Shown: piece after piece, positions 38,601 to 48,659 of the stretch | How the letters are laid out: each line of letters begins with the position of its first letter | Numbering within the stretch: the first letter of the stretch is position 1 | Assembly (NCBI GenBank): GCA_044229145.1 | Contig: JBGATO010000003.1 | Location: 1-64,000 of the forward strand | Direction: 5' to 3' | From: Candidatus Eiseniibacteriota bacterium | GTDB taxonomy: Bacteria; Eisenbacteria; RBG-16-71-46; CAZEPH01 | DNA length: 64,000 nucleotides | Position numbers and translations under genes: made by a program | The notes under the pieces: generated by a model | Seen by the model: only the letters and a program-made list of their open reading frames with translations | The model's database searches: none | What the model was told of the DNA's origin: nothing

Positions 38601-40249
38601 ATGGGCTGCACCACCGGCGCGACGTTGGTGCCGTTGCACGCCGCGGACCCGCCGAGCACGGTGGCCACCGGATCGGCCAGCACCGGATACGAGAGCTGAT
38701 TGTTGCCGTCGAGGACGGAGAGGCTGCGCAACGTGAAGCAGCCCTGCGCGGTGTCGCAGCCGGCGAACGAGATCTGCAGGTCGATGATGTTGCCGCCGTC
38801 GGCACATGCGCTGTTCGTCAGCGTGTTCGCCCACGCGACGTGCAGGTGTCCCGGCTCATCGGCGGTGACGATCGGGACCGCGCTGCCACGATTCATCCAC
38901 GTGCAGGTGGTGCCGGTACGGAACTGATACGCGTTCAACTCGAAGCAGCCAGGGTCGATCGGCGTCCACACCAGATCGGCTTCGGCGCCCTTGTACGACG
39001 CCGCGCCGACGAGCCGGATGTAGAGGCCGGCGCTTGCGCCGGGCGCCGCGAGGTTGCTCACCACGCCGGAGGTGGACCAGGTCAGCGAGGCGCGGAAGCT
39101 CGCGCCTTGCAACGGCGTGACGGTGATCTGGATGTCTTCGGTGTCGCTGGCGCCGAAGGGATCGGTCACCGTGGCGTGGAGCAGGTACGCGCCTGCCTGT
39201 CCGATCGCCGGCGTCCAGGAGAGCTGCGCGTTCGCGAAGGTCGCGCCCGTCGGCAGCGGCGTCAGGTCGAAGGTGAGGCGGTCGCCGTCCGGGTCGGTGG
39301 CGGCCAGGAAGAACGACAGCGTGCTCGTTTCCACGATGGTGAACGGCCCGGCGGGCGAGAGTACGGGCGGGTGGTTGACATACCCGGCCGTCGCGGTGAT
39401 GGCGAAGGAGGCTGATCCACTCAATCCGTGCGTGTCGGTGGCGGTCAGCGTGACGCCGGTGTAGGTGCCGACTTGGGTCGAGTCCGGCATCCACGAGAGT
39501 GTGCCGGTCGCTGCATCGACCGCCGCGCCCGGCGGGAGATTGCGCCCGCTCCAGGTGAACGGATCGCCGTCCGGATCGACGGCGTGCGGGTCCACGGTGA
39601 GCCGCGATCCGACGACGACGTTTTGATCGGCGATCGGATCGACCACCGGTGGGGCGCCGCCGCCGACGCACGCACCGTTCAGCACGGAGGCGAACGGGCC
39701 GCTGACGATCGCCTTGTCCTGCAGGCTCGACGCATCGAGCAGCGTCAGCGAGTTGAGCGTGAAGCAGCCGCGCGCATCGGCGCAGCCATCGAACTCGAAC
39801 TGCATCTGGATGACTGCGCCGGCGGTGCAACTGGTGAGCGACGACGTGTTGGCCCACGCGACGTGATAGTGCCCAGGATCGTCGTTGACGGTGACCGGGA
39901 CGGCGCTCCCGCGATTCAGGTACGTGCATGTCGTCCCGCTCGAAGTCTTGAAGACGCTTCCGATGTGCGCGAAGCATCCGGCGTCCGGATCTCCGGCCGG
40001 CGTCCACGTCAGATCGAGTTCGGCGCCCTTGAATTGGAGTGCGCCCCCGCGTCGCACGACGACGTAGAGATTGTTCGACGCGCCGGGGGTGGCGAGGTCC
40101 TTCTGCGTCGTGTCGGTGGCGCTCCAACAGAGCTGCGCGGTGGCGCCGACGTTGGCGCCGGCGTGGGCCTGCGAGAGGGGTATCACGGCGAGAGCGGCGA
40201 GAGCGAGGAACACTCGCCGGGCGAGCGCCTGGACCAGTGCGTGGAGCAT
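35615..40249 (-). CDS. Secreted scaffold-like protein: three Cys-rich cohesin-like domains separated by He_PIG-type Ig repeats, then a beta-helix domain and FlgD-Ig-like tail
   Basis: Signal peptide ending SQAHA; three copies of [FY]KGAE.DL.WTP...CT[YW][LM]NRG.A.P...HVAWAN; 7 Ig repeats; DGLSWAGAVKT, YCDVQGGYPGTGNLAVDPAF...SASPLIGAG; tail PAGVYVVRF. Confidence 0.8.
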   Translation of the reverse strand: MLHALVQALARRVFLALAALAVIPLSQAHAGANVGATAQLCWSATDTTQKDLATPGASNNLYVVVRRGGALQFKGAELDLTWTPAGDPDAGCFAHIGSVFKTSSGTTCTYLNRGSAVPVTVNDDPGHYHVAWANTSSLTSCTAGAVIQMQFEFDGCADARGCFTLNSLTLLDASSLQDKAIVSGPFASVLNGACVGGGAPPVVDPIADQNVVVGSRLTVDPHAVDPDGDPFTWSGRNLPPGAAVDAATGTLSWMPDSTQVGTYTGVTLTATDTHGLSGSASFAITATAGYVNHPPVLSPAGPFTIVETSTLSFFLAATDPDGDRLTFDLTPLPTGATFANAQLSWTPAIGQAGAYLLHATVTDPFGASDTEDIQITVTPLQGASFRASLTWSTSGVVSNLAAPGASAGLYIRLVGAASYKGAEADLVWTPIDPGCFELNAYQFRTGTTCTWMNRGSAVPIVTADEPGHLHVAWANTLTNSACADGGNIIDLQISFAGCDTAQGCFTLRSLSVLDGNNQLSYPVLADPVATVLGGSAACNGTNVAPVVQPIADQIASAGQQLVVTPSGSDPNGDVITWSGSQLPAGATVDDASGTLRWTPDAAQVGSYPGVTLTATDPAGLSGAASFAITVVAGNHPPVLAPAGPFSVQETSSLTFVLSATDADGDSLTFELTPLPDGATFAGAQFAWTPAVGQAGNYVLHATVRDPFGGTDTETISIAVSYLPGGTDSLRASLTWATSGVVTDLATPGETDDLYIRVTGATSFKGAEIDLTWTPYDTGCFELASTIYRTSTSCTWMNRGTALPIVTTDEPGHYHVAWANSLVNTMCAGGGNIIDLMFDFTGCTLPRGCFTLHSLTVLDGNNQLATPVLSDPVATVLGGSPSCGAVNSPPVVLPIPDQQVVAGHLLLVTASGSDPDGDPLTWSGANLPPNAAVDQATGVLSWTPTSAQVGTYANVTLEARDPLFASGSAAFAITVAGNQPPTVDPIATVIVLTGEPVSVTPVAHDPEGDALTWGMTDNPPGATLDPLTGVFSWTGSAQPDSFMSVVLTAYDTAGGHGSATFAIIVLPDLPPVVTPIPAQQLPPGTALSLQAAGYDPEGQPLTWWMTGNPSDATLDPATGAFFWPGSAVEDTFPAVTIGARDPGGHDGSTTFGITVIAGRVYYLDSASPCSVCDGLSWAGAVKTFDAALPLLRRGTGDTLRVAEGQYVAASVPNVVAGAKVYGGYPHGGGPRDLPRRRTLVRPAGPYGSAFVLAEAGSVIDGVVVTGSSYATLVSLAADRDTLRSVVFANTRTVGVPLLVYGTHALVDRCIFTNCVSSGLGSIETGAASAATIRDCTLYGDSSRVATGTAGIYALGRVTVINTVLWRLGPAQLPAIYALGDSADVRYCDVQGGYPGTGNLAVDPAFCNPNAKVFTLQSASPLIGAGENGTTIGAIDIVGCAGAAAVAGAEGDTPERSGLVTKTPLLASQGAEVAFTLADAAEVALEVFTVRGTRVATLAHGPMEAGRYNFAWARRGDDGRRVPAGVYVVRFRADSLSETRRICVVE

Positions 40250-40381
40250 GGGAGCCTCCCGCCTTCCGCCGCAGGGGGCACGCGCCGTGAAGGCTGTGGG
40301 GTCGGGAGCCGGCGAGTGACACCGGCGAACGGTGCGCCCGCACACTCGATGCCGGTGGTTGGCACGGAGTATGACTCGACG

Positions 40382-40410
40382 AGCCTAGGAGAGGCGTGCG
40401 GGCCCGTCAA
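40382..40410 (-). promoter_or_regulatory. Sigma70-type promoter of the scaffold-like gene
   Basis: Minus strand TTGACG-N17-TAGGCT. Confidence 0.6.
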
Positions 40411-40508
40411 TCCCACTGCGGGCTCGGTGCGGCCGCCTGTCGGACGGGCAGTGTACACTCGTGCCCTTGCCGGCGCGCGCCGGCGTTCCCACGCCCCGAG
40501 ACACCTCC

Positions 40509-43500
40509 GTGACCTCATCGACGCCCGACATCTCGCCGCTCGCCGCCTTCCGTCCGCCGACGCGGGCGTGGTTCGACGCGTCCTTCGCGGCGCCGACGGC
40601 GGCGCAGGCGCTGGCGTGGCCGGCGGTGGCCCGCGGCGAGAGCGCGTTGCTCTTGGCGCCCACGGGGTCGGGCAAGACGCTGGCGGCGTTCCTGGCGGCG
40701 CTGGATCGCGTGATGTTCGACCCGGTGCCGCCGCCGCGCCAGCGCTGCCGGGTGGTGTACGTGTCGCCGCTCAAGGCACTGGCGGTGGACATCGAGCGCA
40801 ACCTGCGCGCGCCGCTCATCGGCTTGGCGCGGCAGGCGGAGCGACTCGGCGTGCCGTTCCACACGCCGGAGATCGCGGTGCGCACCGGCGATACGCCACC
40901 CCGCGAGCGGCAACGCTTCGCGCGCCAACCGAGCGACATCCTCATCACGACGCCCGAGTCGCTGTATCTCATCCTCACCTCGCAAGCGCGCGAGGCGGTG
41001 GCGCATGCCGAATGGCTGATCCTCGACGAGATCCACGCGCTCGCCGGCACCAAGCGCGGCGCGCATCTCGCGGTGAGTGTGGAACGGCTGGCCGAGTTGT
41101 GCGGCCGGCCACTGCAGCGCATCGGGCTCTCCGCCACCGCGCGGCCGCCGGAGGAGATCGCCCGCTTCCTCGGCGGGCACGGCGACGACGCCGCGCCGCG
41201 CGCGGTCTCCGTGCTCGACGCCGGCGCGCGGCGGCGCCTGGACCTCCACGTCATGGTGCCGGTCGAGGACATGGCGAAACTCGGCGACACGCTCGACGAC
41301 GCGCCGCGCAATGCGGCGGGCGCGGCGCCGCGGCGCTCGATTTGGCCCGCGGTGCATCCGCGGCTGCTCGAGATGATTCGCGCGCACCGGTCGACGCTGC
41401 TGTTCGTCAACTCGCGGCGTCTCGCCGAGCGGCTGGCCGCAGCGCTCAACGAGCTTGCGGGCGAGGAGATCGTGTTCGCGCACCACGGCTCGGTGAGCCG
41501 CGAACAGCGTGCGGTGCTCGAGGAACGGCTCAAGGCCGGCACGCTGCCGGCGCTGGTCGCCACGTCGTCGCTCGAACTCGGCATCGACATGGGGGCCATC
41601 GATCTCGTCATCCAGGTCGAGGCGCCGCCCGGCGTGGCGAGCGCGCTGCAGCGCATCGGCCGCGCCGGACATCAGGTGGGCGCGGCGAGCAGCGGTGTGC
41701 TGGTGCCGAAGTTCCGCGGCGATCTGCTGGCCTGCGCGGCGCTCACCGAACGCATGCTCGACGGCGCGGTGGAACACACGCGCGTGCTGCGCACACCGCT
41801 CGACGTGCTGGCCCAACAGATCGTGGCGATGGTGGCGGTGGAGCCGTGGCACGTCGATGCGGCGTTCGCCGTGCTGCGGCGCGCTGCGCCATTCGCGACG
41901 CTGACGCGCGGCGTGTTCGAGCAGGTGCTCGACATGTTGGCGGGACGCTATCCGTCGTCGGACTTCGCGGAGCTGCGGCCGCGCATCACGTGGGACCGCG
42001 CGACCGGCCAGCTCACGGCGCGCGACGGCGCGCGACACGTCGCGGTGACCAGTGGCGGCACGATTCCCGATCGCGGCTTGTACGGCGTCTATCTCGTCGG
42101 CGCGGCGGCGGGGCAGGGGCGCGTCGGCGAACTCGACGAGGAGATGGTGTTCGAATCGCGCGAGGGCGAGACGTTCACGCTCGGCGCCTCGACGTGGCGC
42201 ATCGAAGAGATCACGCCGGACCGCGTGCTGGTCACGCCGGCGCCCGGCGAGCCCGGCAAGATGCCGTTCTGGATCGGCGACACGGTGGGGCGGCCGCTCG
42301 ATTTCGGCCGCGCCATCGGCGCGTTGACGCGCGCGGTGCGCGGTGCGGCCCCGGCGGACGCCGAGCGGACGTTGCGCGAGCGCCACTTCCTCGACGCGTT
42401 CGCCGCGCGCAACGTCGTGCAATATCTCGCCGACCAGGCCGCGGTCACCGGCGCGGTGCCCGACGACCGTACCCTCGTCGTCGAGCGGTCGGTGGACGAT
42501 CTCGGCGACTGGCGCGTGGTGATCCTGTCGCCGTTCGGCGGCCGCGTGCATGCGCCGTGGGGCTTGGCGATTGCCGAGACCTTGCGCCGCTGCTCGCAGG
42601 CTGCGGTCGAAGTGCTGTGGACCGACGACGGCATCGTCGTGCGCTTTCCCGAATCCGATGAGCCGCCGGATGTCACGCCGCTGTTCCCGACGCCCGAGGA
42701 GGCGGAGCAGTTGGTGGTGGCGCAACTCGGCGCGACGACGCCGTACGCCAAGGCGAGCGGCGATCGCGGCGCGCTGTTCGCCGCGCGCTTCCGCGAGAAC
42801 GCGGCGCGTGCGCTGCTGTTGCCGCGGCGAGGGCCCGGAAAGCGCAACGCGCTGTGGCGGCAGCGCCGCCGCGCCGCGGACCTCCTGCAAGCGATCTCCG
42901 GTCACGGCGATTTTCCGATCGTCCTCGAGACGTACCGCGAGTGCTTGCAGGACGTGTTCGACATGCCGGGCCTGCACGAGATCCTCGGCGCGGTGGCGCG
43001 GCGCGAGATCCGCGTGGTGACGGTGGACACCGCGTCGCCGTCGCCGTTCGCGGCGAGCGTGTTGTATTCGTACGTCGTCAATTTCATGTACGAGGGCGAC
43101 GCGCCGGTGGCGGAGCGCCGCGCGCAGGCGCTCACCGTGGATCCGGCGCAGTTGCGCGAGTTGCTCGGGGAAGCAGAGCTGCGCGAGCTGCTCGACCCGG
43201 CGGTGGTGGAGACCTGCGAACTCGCGTTGCAGCATCTCACGCCGGAGCGCGCCGCGCGGCACGTCGATCACCTGCACGATCTGCTCTTGCATCTCGGCGA
43301 TCTCACCCACGGCGAACTCGCCGCGCGGTGCGCCGAAGCCGCCGCGCCGTGGCTCGACGCCTTGCGTGCGGCGGGACGGGTGGTGGAAATCGCGCTCGGC
43401 GGCGAATCGCGCTGCATCGCGGTGGAGGATGTGGCGCGCTACCGCGACGCGCTCGGGGTGCCTCCGCCGCCCGGCGTGCCCGCGGCATTCCTGACGCGCG

Positions 43501-45029
43501 AGGCGACGCCCCCGCTGCGCGATCTGGTCGCCCGCTTCGCCCGCACGCACGCGCCGTTCACGGCAGCGGACATTGCCACGCGCTGGGGCATCGGCGAAGG
43601 CGCGGTGACGTGCGAACTCGAAGCACTCGAGTCGATGAATCGCCTCGTGCACGGCGCCTTTCGGCCTGGCGGCAGCGGCCGCGAGTGGTGCGACGTGCAG
43701 GTCCTGGCCACCCTGCGCCAGCGGTCGCTCGCGCGCTTGCGGCACGCGGTCGAACCGGTGGACGGCGAGGCGTTCGCGCGCTTCGCGCTGGCGTGGCATG
43801 GTGTCGACGAGCCGCGAGCCGGCGATGCCGCGCTTGCCGATGCGCTCGAGCAACTCGAAGGCATGCCGCTGGCCGCCTCGGAGTGCGAGAGCGCGGTGCT
43901 GCGTGCGCGCGTCGCCGACTACCGGCCCGAGTGGCTCGATGCGGCGCTGCTCTCGGGCGCGTGGGTGTGGCGCGGTGCCGGTGCGCTCGGTTCGCGCGAT
44001 GGCTGGATTGCTTTCCATCGCGCCGATGCGGTGCCGCCGCCCGGCGGCACGGTGCCCGACGGCGCGCTGCACGCGGCGATTCGCGCGGCGCTGGACGCGC
44101 GCGGTGCCGTCTTCTTCCCCGTGCTCCAAGCCGCCACGGGGCGGAGTGCGCTCGAGACGCTCGACGCGTTGTGGGATCTCGTCTGGGCGGGCGAGGTCAC
44201 CAACGACAGCTTGCAGCCGCTGCGTGCGTTGATGGCGGCGCGGCGCGCCACCGCCGCGTCCGCCACCGCACGCTGGCGCGCGCCGATCCGCCGCCGAGTC
44301 TGGCGACGCGCCGTGGGGCGCTCACTGGCGACCGGCGTCGCGCCGGCCGCCGCGGGCCGCTGGTCGCTGCTGCGCCATCTCAGCGCGCCGGCCACCGCGA
44401 CGCAACTGGCGCACCGTCGCGCGCTGCAGCTGTTGGCGCGCGCCGGCGTGGTCACCCGTGACGTCGTCCGTGCCGAGGACGTGCCCGGCGGCTTCACAGC
44501 GCTCTATCCGGTGTTCCGCGCGCTGGAAGAGGCGGGAACCATCCGCCGTGGATACTTCGTGGCGAGCCTGGGTGCGAGTCAATTCGCCTGGCCGCGCGCC
44601 GTCGATCAACTCCGTGCGCACCGGGACGCGCCGGAGGCCAGCCGCGCCGTGCTGCTCGCCGCGTGCGATCCGGCGAACCCGTACGGCACGACACTGCGCT
44701 GGCCCGAGCATCCGCGTGGCGTGCGTCCCCCGCGCGCGGTAGGGGCGCACGTGGTGCTCGTCGATGGGGCCTGCGCCGCCTACCTCGCCCGCGGCGAACG
44801 CGCGCTCTGGCTCTACGAGGATGCTGGCGACGAGCGGGGGTCGGTCCAGCGCGTGCGCGCCATTGCGGAGGTCTTGGCGACGCACTTGGCGCCGCGCCGC
44901 CGGCGCGGCGTCGTGCTCGACGAGATCGACGGCGCGCCGGCCGAGGAAACTCGGTACCTCGAGCAGTTCCGCGCCGCCGGATTCGCACGCGTCATGAGAG
45001 GCCTCCGCGTGACCCCGCGCCATGCCTGA
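40509..45029 (+). CDS. lhr: Lhr-family ATP-dependent DEAD/DEAH helicase, long form with C-terminal domain
   Basis: APTGSGKT, SPLKALA.DIERNL, TTPESL, DEIH, GLSAT, HHGS, LELGID, QRIGRAGH, GELDEEMVFESR, WDLVWAGEVTND, DPANPYG. Start codon uncertain (40461 or 40509). Confidence 0.93.
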   Translation: MTSSTPDISPLAAFRPPTRAWFDASFAAPTAAQALAWPAVARGESALLLAPTGSGKTLAAFLAALDRVMFDPVPPPRQRCRVVYVSPLKALAVDIERNLRAPLIGLARQAERLGVPFHTPEIAVRTGDTPPRERQRFARQPSDILITTPESLYLILTSQAREAVAHAEWLILDEIHALAGTKRGAHLAVSVERLAELCGRPLQRIGLSATARPPEEIARFLGGHGDDAAPRAVSVLDAGARRRLDLHVMVPVEDMAKLGDTLDDAPRNAAGAAPRRSIWPAVHPRLLEMIRAHRSTLLFVNSRRLAERLAAALNELAGEEIVFAHHGSVSREQRAVLEERLKAGTLPALVATSSLELGIDMGAIDLVIQVEAPPGVASALQRIGRAGHQVGAASSGVLVPKFRGDLLACAALTERMLDGAVEHTRVLRTPLDVLAQQIVAMVAVEPWHVDAAFAVLRRAAPFATLTRGVFEQVLDMLAGRYPSSDFAELRPRITWDRATGQLTARDGARHVAVTSGGTIPDRGLYGVYLVGAAAGQGRVGELDEEMVFESREGETFTLGASTWRIEEITPDRVLVTPAPGEPGKMPFWIGDTVGRPLDFGRAIGALTRAVRGAAPADAERTLRERHFLDAFAARNVVQYLADQAAVTGAVPDDRTLVVERSVDDLGDWRVVILSPFGGRVHAPWGLAIAETLRRCSQAAVEVLWTDDGIVVRFPESDEPPDVTPLFPTPEEAEQLVVAQLGATTPYAKASGDRGALFAARFRENAARALLLPRRGPGKRNALWRQRRRAADLLQAISGHGDFPIVLETYRECLQDVFDMPGLHEILGAVARREIRVVTVDTASPSPFAASVLYSYVVNFMYEGDAPVAERRAQALTVDPAQLRELLGEAELRELLDPAVVETCELALQHLTPERAARHVDHLHDLLLHLGDLTHGELAARCAEAAAPWLDALRAAGRVVEIALGGESRCIAVEDVARYRDALGVPPPPGVPAAFLTREATPPLRDLVARFARTHAPFTAADIATRWGIGEGAVTCELEALESMNRLVHGAFRPGGSGREWCDVQVLATLRQRSLARLRHAVEPVDGEAFARFALAWHGVDEPRAGDAALADALEQLEGMPLAASECESAVLRARVADYRPEWLDAALLSGAWVWRGAGALGSRDGWIAFHRADAVPPPGGTVPDGALHAAIRAALDARGAVFFPVLQAATGRSALETLDALWDLVWAGEVTNDSLQPLRALMAARRATAASATARWRAPIRRRVWRRAVGRSLATGVAPAAAGRWSLLRHLSAPATATQLAHRRALQLLARAGVVTRDVVRAEDVPGGFTALYPVFRALEEAGTIRRGYFVASLGASQFAWPRAVDQLRAHRDAPEASRAVLLAACDPANPYGTTLRWPEHPRGVRPPRAVGAHVVLVDGACAAYLARGERALWLYEDAGDERGSVQRVRAIAEVLATHLAPRRRRGVVLDEIDGAPAEETRYLEQFRAAGFARVMRGLRVTPRHA

Positions 45030-45924
45030 GGGCGATACCCTCTATCGGATTGCCGCCGCGCTCCGCGAGGCTTTCGGCGACGCGTGCATCACCTCGGTGC
45101 GGACGCGCGACCCGGCGTGGCAGGCGATGGACACGGCGCGCCCGGTGAGCGGACGGCGTCTCGCCGCCATCGAAGCGCGCGGGAAGCACCTGCTGCTCGT
45201 CTGCCGCGCCGAGGATGCAGGTCCGCTGCTGCCCGCCGCACAGGCGCGGCTCGACCTCGCGCTCCACGCGCACGACTGGATCGTGCACTCCCATCTCGGG
45301 ATGCGCGGCGCGTGGTGGATCGACCCGCCGCAGACGCCGCCGCGGGCACTCGCACCGCGGACGTGGGCGCTCGACACGCCACGCGGCTCCGCGCGGTGCG
45401 TGGCCCCGCAGACGCTGCGCGTGCTGTCGCCGCGCGAACTCCTCGCCGGCCCGGTCGCCGCGCTCGGTCCCGATCTCACGCGCGACGGTGTCGATCTGGA
45501 GGCCGCGGCGCGTGCGTTGGCGGCGTGCGGTGACGACGAGATCGCCGTCGCGTTGTTGCGGCAACGCGCATTGGCCGGGATCGGCAACGTCGTGAAGTCG
45601 GAGGCGTTGTTCGCGGCCGGCGTGTCGCCGTTTGCGCGGGTGTCGGATCTCGGGGCCGCGGACCTGCGCCGCGTGCTCGGGGAGGCAGTGCGGATTCTCC
45701 ACGCCAACCGCGGACGTCCCGGCCGCCGCCGCACCGTGCCCGGCGGCGCGGCCGCGCCATCGCACGGCGTGTATCGCCGCGCCGGCGAGGCGTGTCTGCG
45801 ATGCGCCACGCCGATCGCCGCCGTTTCGCAAGGCGCCGAGGCGCGCCGCACCTACTTCTGTCCGGCCTGTCAACGGGCCGGCGGCGCCTCGTCTGGATGC
45901 GGTCGTGCCGGAGAGGGCAAGTAG
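45022..45924 (+). CDS. nei: Fpg/Nei-family DNA glycosylase (endonuclease VIII-like)
   Basis: MPEGD N-terminus, RGKHLL, HLGMRG, LGPD, GIGNVVKSE, zinc finger CLRC...CPACQ; overlaps the lhr stop. Confidence 0.9.
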   Translation: MPEGDTLYRIAAALREAFGDACITSVRTRDPAWQAMDTARPVSGRRLAAIEARGKHLLLVCRAEDAGPLLPAAQARLDLALHAHDWIVHSHLGMRGAWWIDPPQTPPRALAPRTWALDTPRGSARCVAPQTLRVLSPRELLAGPVAALGPDLTRDGVDLEAAARALAACGDDEIAVALLRQRALAGIGNVVKSEALFAAGVSPFARVSDLGAADLRRVLGEAVRILHANRGRPGRRRTVPGGAAAPSHGVYRRAGEACLRCATPIAAVSQGAEARRTYFCPACQRAGGASSGCGRAGEGK

Positions 45925-46949
45925 GTTTCACGCGCATCCAGCATCGCCCGGCGCATGGTGCGCGGCGTGGTCTCGGTCACCCGCTTGAACGCGTGATCGA
46001 ACGCTGCCTGACTCGTATAGCCAACCAGCGCGGCGATCGACGACAGCGGAAGCTCGCGCACCGTGAAGTACTGGCAGGCGAGGCGAATGCGCGTTTCCTC
46101 CAACAGGCGCGTGTAGGAGGTCTTCTCGGCGCGCAGATGGCGCTCGAAGGTGCGCAGACTCAGGCCGGCCTCGCGCGCGAGGTCGGCGGCACCGAGCCGT
46201 GGGCGTTCCTCGCCGAGCCGCTGGATGATGGCCCGTCGCGTCTGCTCCGCGAGTCCGTGCTGCCGCCCGAGGGAGGCCAGCATGTCGCGGCTGAGATCGC
46301 GCATGGCCTGATCGAGCGGCGCGTACCGCGTCGCGGTCGGACGATCGAGCAGCGCACGGTCGAATTCCAGCGCCAAGTGGGGAGCGCCTGCGCGCACCGG
46401 ACAGCCGAAGAACTCGACGCACTTGTCCGCTGGCGCCGCTGGGTCGAGCATGCTGAACACGGCGCGCGGGCGCCATGCGTCGTCCACTGCGATGCGTCCG
46501 AAATTCACCCAGATCGACAATCGGCTGTCGAGGAAGTGCCGGAAGCCGAGTGCCGGACGACCACGTGGCGGCACCGCCACGATGCGCGCGAGGTTGCCGT
46601 CTTCTTCGAGGCGAATGTTGGAGCGATCCCAGTGGAAGCGCGAGAGCAGGCACATGCGTTCGTAGACCGCGCGCAGCGTCGGACCGTTGAGCACCAGCAA
46701 TGTGGTGAGATGCAGGTTGGGCCGCACGTACGTGCCCGCCTGCAAGCCGAAGTCGGTCACGCCCGTCCGCCGCGCGGCGAGGTCGAACAGCGCGAGGTAC
46801 TGCTGGAACGGGACGCGTCCCTCCGGATCCTGCAACTGCTCCCGGGCGAAGGAGACCTCATCGAGCAGCGCGGGCGTCGGCACCCCATGCGCCTCGGCGG
46901 CGCGCGCGACCATCCATACCCAACTGACCGTCACCGTGCCGCCGCGCAT
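45870..46949 (-). CDS. AraC-family transcriptional regulator (OruR-like ligand-binding domain)
   Basis: QLQDPEGRVP, FFGCPVR, GLSLRTFERHLRAE.TSY, IAALVGY....AFDHAFKR.T..TP. Confidence 0.9.
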   Translation of the reverse strand: MRGGTVTVSWVWMVARAAEAHGVPTPALLDEVSFAREQLQDPEGRVPFQQYLALFDLAARRTGVTDFGLQAGTYVRPNLHLTTLLVLNGPTLRAVYERMCLLSRFHWDRSNIRLEEDGNLARIVAVPPRGRPALGFRHFLDSRLSIWVNFGRIAVDDAWRPRAVFSMLDPAAPADKCVEFFGCPVRAGAPHLALEFDRALLDRPTATRYAPLDQAMRDLSRDMLASLGRQHGLAEQTRRAIIQRLGEERPRLGAADLAREAGLSLRTFERHLRAEKTSYTRLLEETRIRLACQYFTVRELPLSSIAALVGYTSQAAFDHAFKRVTETTPRTMRRAMLDARETYLPSPARPHPDEAPPAR

Positions 46950-47152
46950 GGGACTCCAACGAGAGAGAAGTGGGCGTCCGGCTGATGCGCCAGACCGCAT
47001 ACGGTATGAACCTGAAGCCCTGCAGTATAAAAGTTCGCCAGGGATCTGGCTAGCCACGTGCCGGGTGGCGGGTCACGTGCGTCACGGGCAGCGGACGAAA
47101 AGTGGGGGCGTGGAATTTGACGCGCGCCCGAGCCGCCGATACGCTCCGCGTC

Positions 47153-48409
47153 ATGGATGCTCGCTCCGTGGTTGCCGGGCGCTTCGCCGCCCGCCGCTCC
47201 AGTGTGACGTGCGTGGTCGGTGGCGTGCCGGTCGGCGGCGGCCACCCCATCGTCGTGCAGTCGATGACCAACACCGACACTGGCGATGCCGTCGCCACCG
47301 CGGCGCAGATCGCCGCCCTCGCCGCCGCCGGGTCGGAGATGGTGCGCGTCACCGTCAACACTCCGGCGGCCGCCCACGCCGTGCCCGAGATCAAGCAGCG
47401 CATGCGCGACCTCGGCGCCGACATCCCGCTCATCGGCGACTTCCACTACAACGGCCACGTGCTGCTGCGCGATGTGCCGGCGTGCGCCGCGGCGCTCGAC
47501 AAGTACCGCATCAATCCCGGAAACGTCGGCACCCAGGCGTCGCACGACGACAACTTCCGCGCCTTGATCGCCATCGCGCTGACGCACGGCAAGCCGGTAC
47601 GCATCGGCGTCAATTGGGGCTCGCTCGACAAGACGCTGCTCACCGCGTTGATGGACGCCAACGCGGGCCGCCCGCAGCCGCTCGAGGATCGCGAAGTCGT
47701 GCTCGAGGCGATGCGCGAGAGCGCGGTGCGCAGCGCCGCGCTCGCCGAGGACGCCGGGTTGCCGCACGACCGCATCATCCTCTCGGCAAAGGTGAGCAGC
47801 GTGCGCGATCTCGTCACGGTGTACCGCGCGCTGGCCGCCACCTGCGACTATCCGTTGCACCTCGGGCTCACCGAAGCAGGGCTCGGCGCGACCGGCGTGG
47901 TGTCGACCACCGCCGCGCTCGGCATCCTGCTCGCCGACGGCATCGGCGATACCATTCGCGCCAGCCTCACGCCGACGCCCGGGGGCGATCGCGCCGAGGA
48001 AGTCCGGCTGTGCCAGCAGGTGTTGCAAGCTCTCGGGCTCCGCCACTTCGCTCCGCAGGTGACCTCCTGCCCGGGCTGCGGCCGGACCACGAGCACGTTC
48101 TTCCAATCGCTTGCCGCCGACGTCACCTCGCATATCCAGCAACGCATTGCCGCGTGGCGGGTGCAGTACCCCGGCGTCGAAGAGTTGCGCGTGGCCGTGA
48201 TGGGCTGCGTGGTCAACGGCCCTGGCGAGAGCAAGCACGCCGACATCGGCATCTCGTTGCCCGGCACGGGCGAGAACCCGCGCGCTCCGGTCTACATCGA
48301 CGGCACGTTGCACACCACATTGCAGGGCGACGCCATCGCGCGCGAATTCGCCGCGCTCCTCGATGCCTACATCGCGCGGCGGTACGGCGGGGCGCTGGTA
48401 GCGGACTAG
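47153..48409 (+). CDS. ispG: (E)-4-hydroxy-3-methylbut-2-enyl diphosphate synthase
   Basis: [56 protein letters not shown]. Confidence 0.97.
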   Translation: MDARSVVAGRFAARRSSVTCVVGGVPVGGGHPIVVQSMTNTDTGDAVATAAQIAALAAAGSEMVRVTVNTPAAAHAVPEIKQRMRDLGADIPLIGDFHYNGHVLLRDVPACAAALDKYRINPGNVGTQASHDDNFRALIAIALTHGKPVRIGVNWGSLDKTLLTALMDANAGRPQPLEDREVVLEAMRESAVRSAALAEDAGLPHDRIILSAKVSSVRDLVTVYRALAATCDYPLHLGLTEAGLGATGVVSTTAALGILLADGIGDTIRASLTPTPGGDRAEEVRLCQQVLQALGLRHFAPQVTSCPGCGRTTSTFFQSLAADVTSHIQQRIAAWRVQYPGVEELRVAVMGCVVNGPGESKHADIGISLPGTGENPRAPVYIDGTLHTTLQGDAIAREFAALLDAYIARRYGGALVAD

Positions 48410-48659
48410 CGCCCTTACTCCCTCAGTCGTATCCCCGCGTAAATCTGCGGGATCGTACGAATGGGCGTGCACATTCCCCGCGGGTTTTCCGGCGGGAGCC
48501 CGATATATCACCCAGCGCCAGTGATGGCGCTCGTCCATCTCCCAGAATCCGCGGCCGCTCGCGTCTCGCCCCATCGAGCCACCACAGCTCCGCTGAGACG
48601 ACGCGTCATTGTGATACTGCGCACATCCGCCGTGAACATGGAAGTAGGAGACAACCGCT

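Noticed and set aside
40509..45924. lhr-nei pair as a novel defence system
   Set aside because: This is a well-known DNA-repair gene pairing.
45870..45924. 55-nt convergent overlap of nei and the AraC gene
   Set aside because: Only non-conserved tails overlap, which is common in high-GC genomes.
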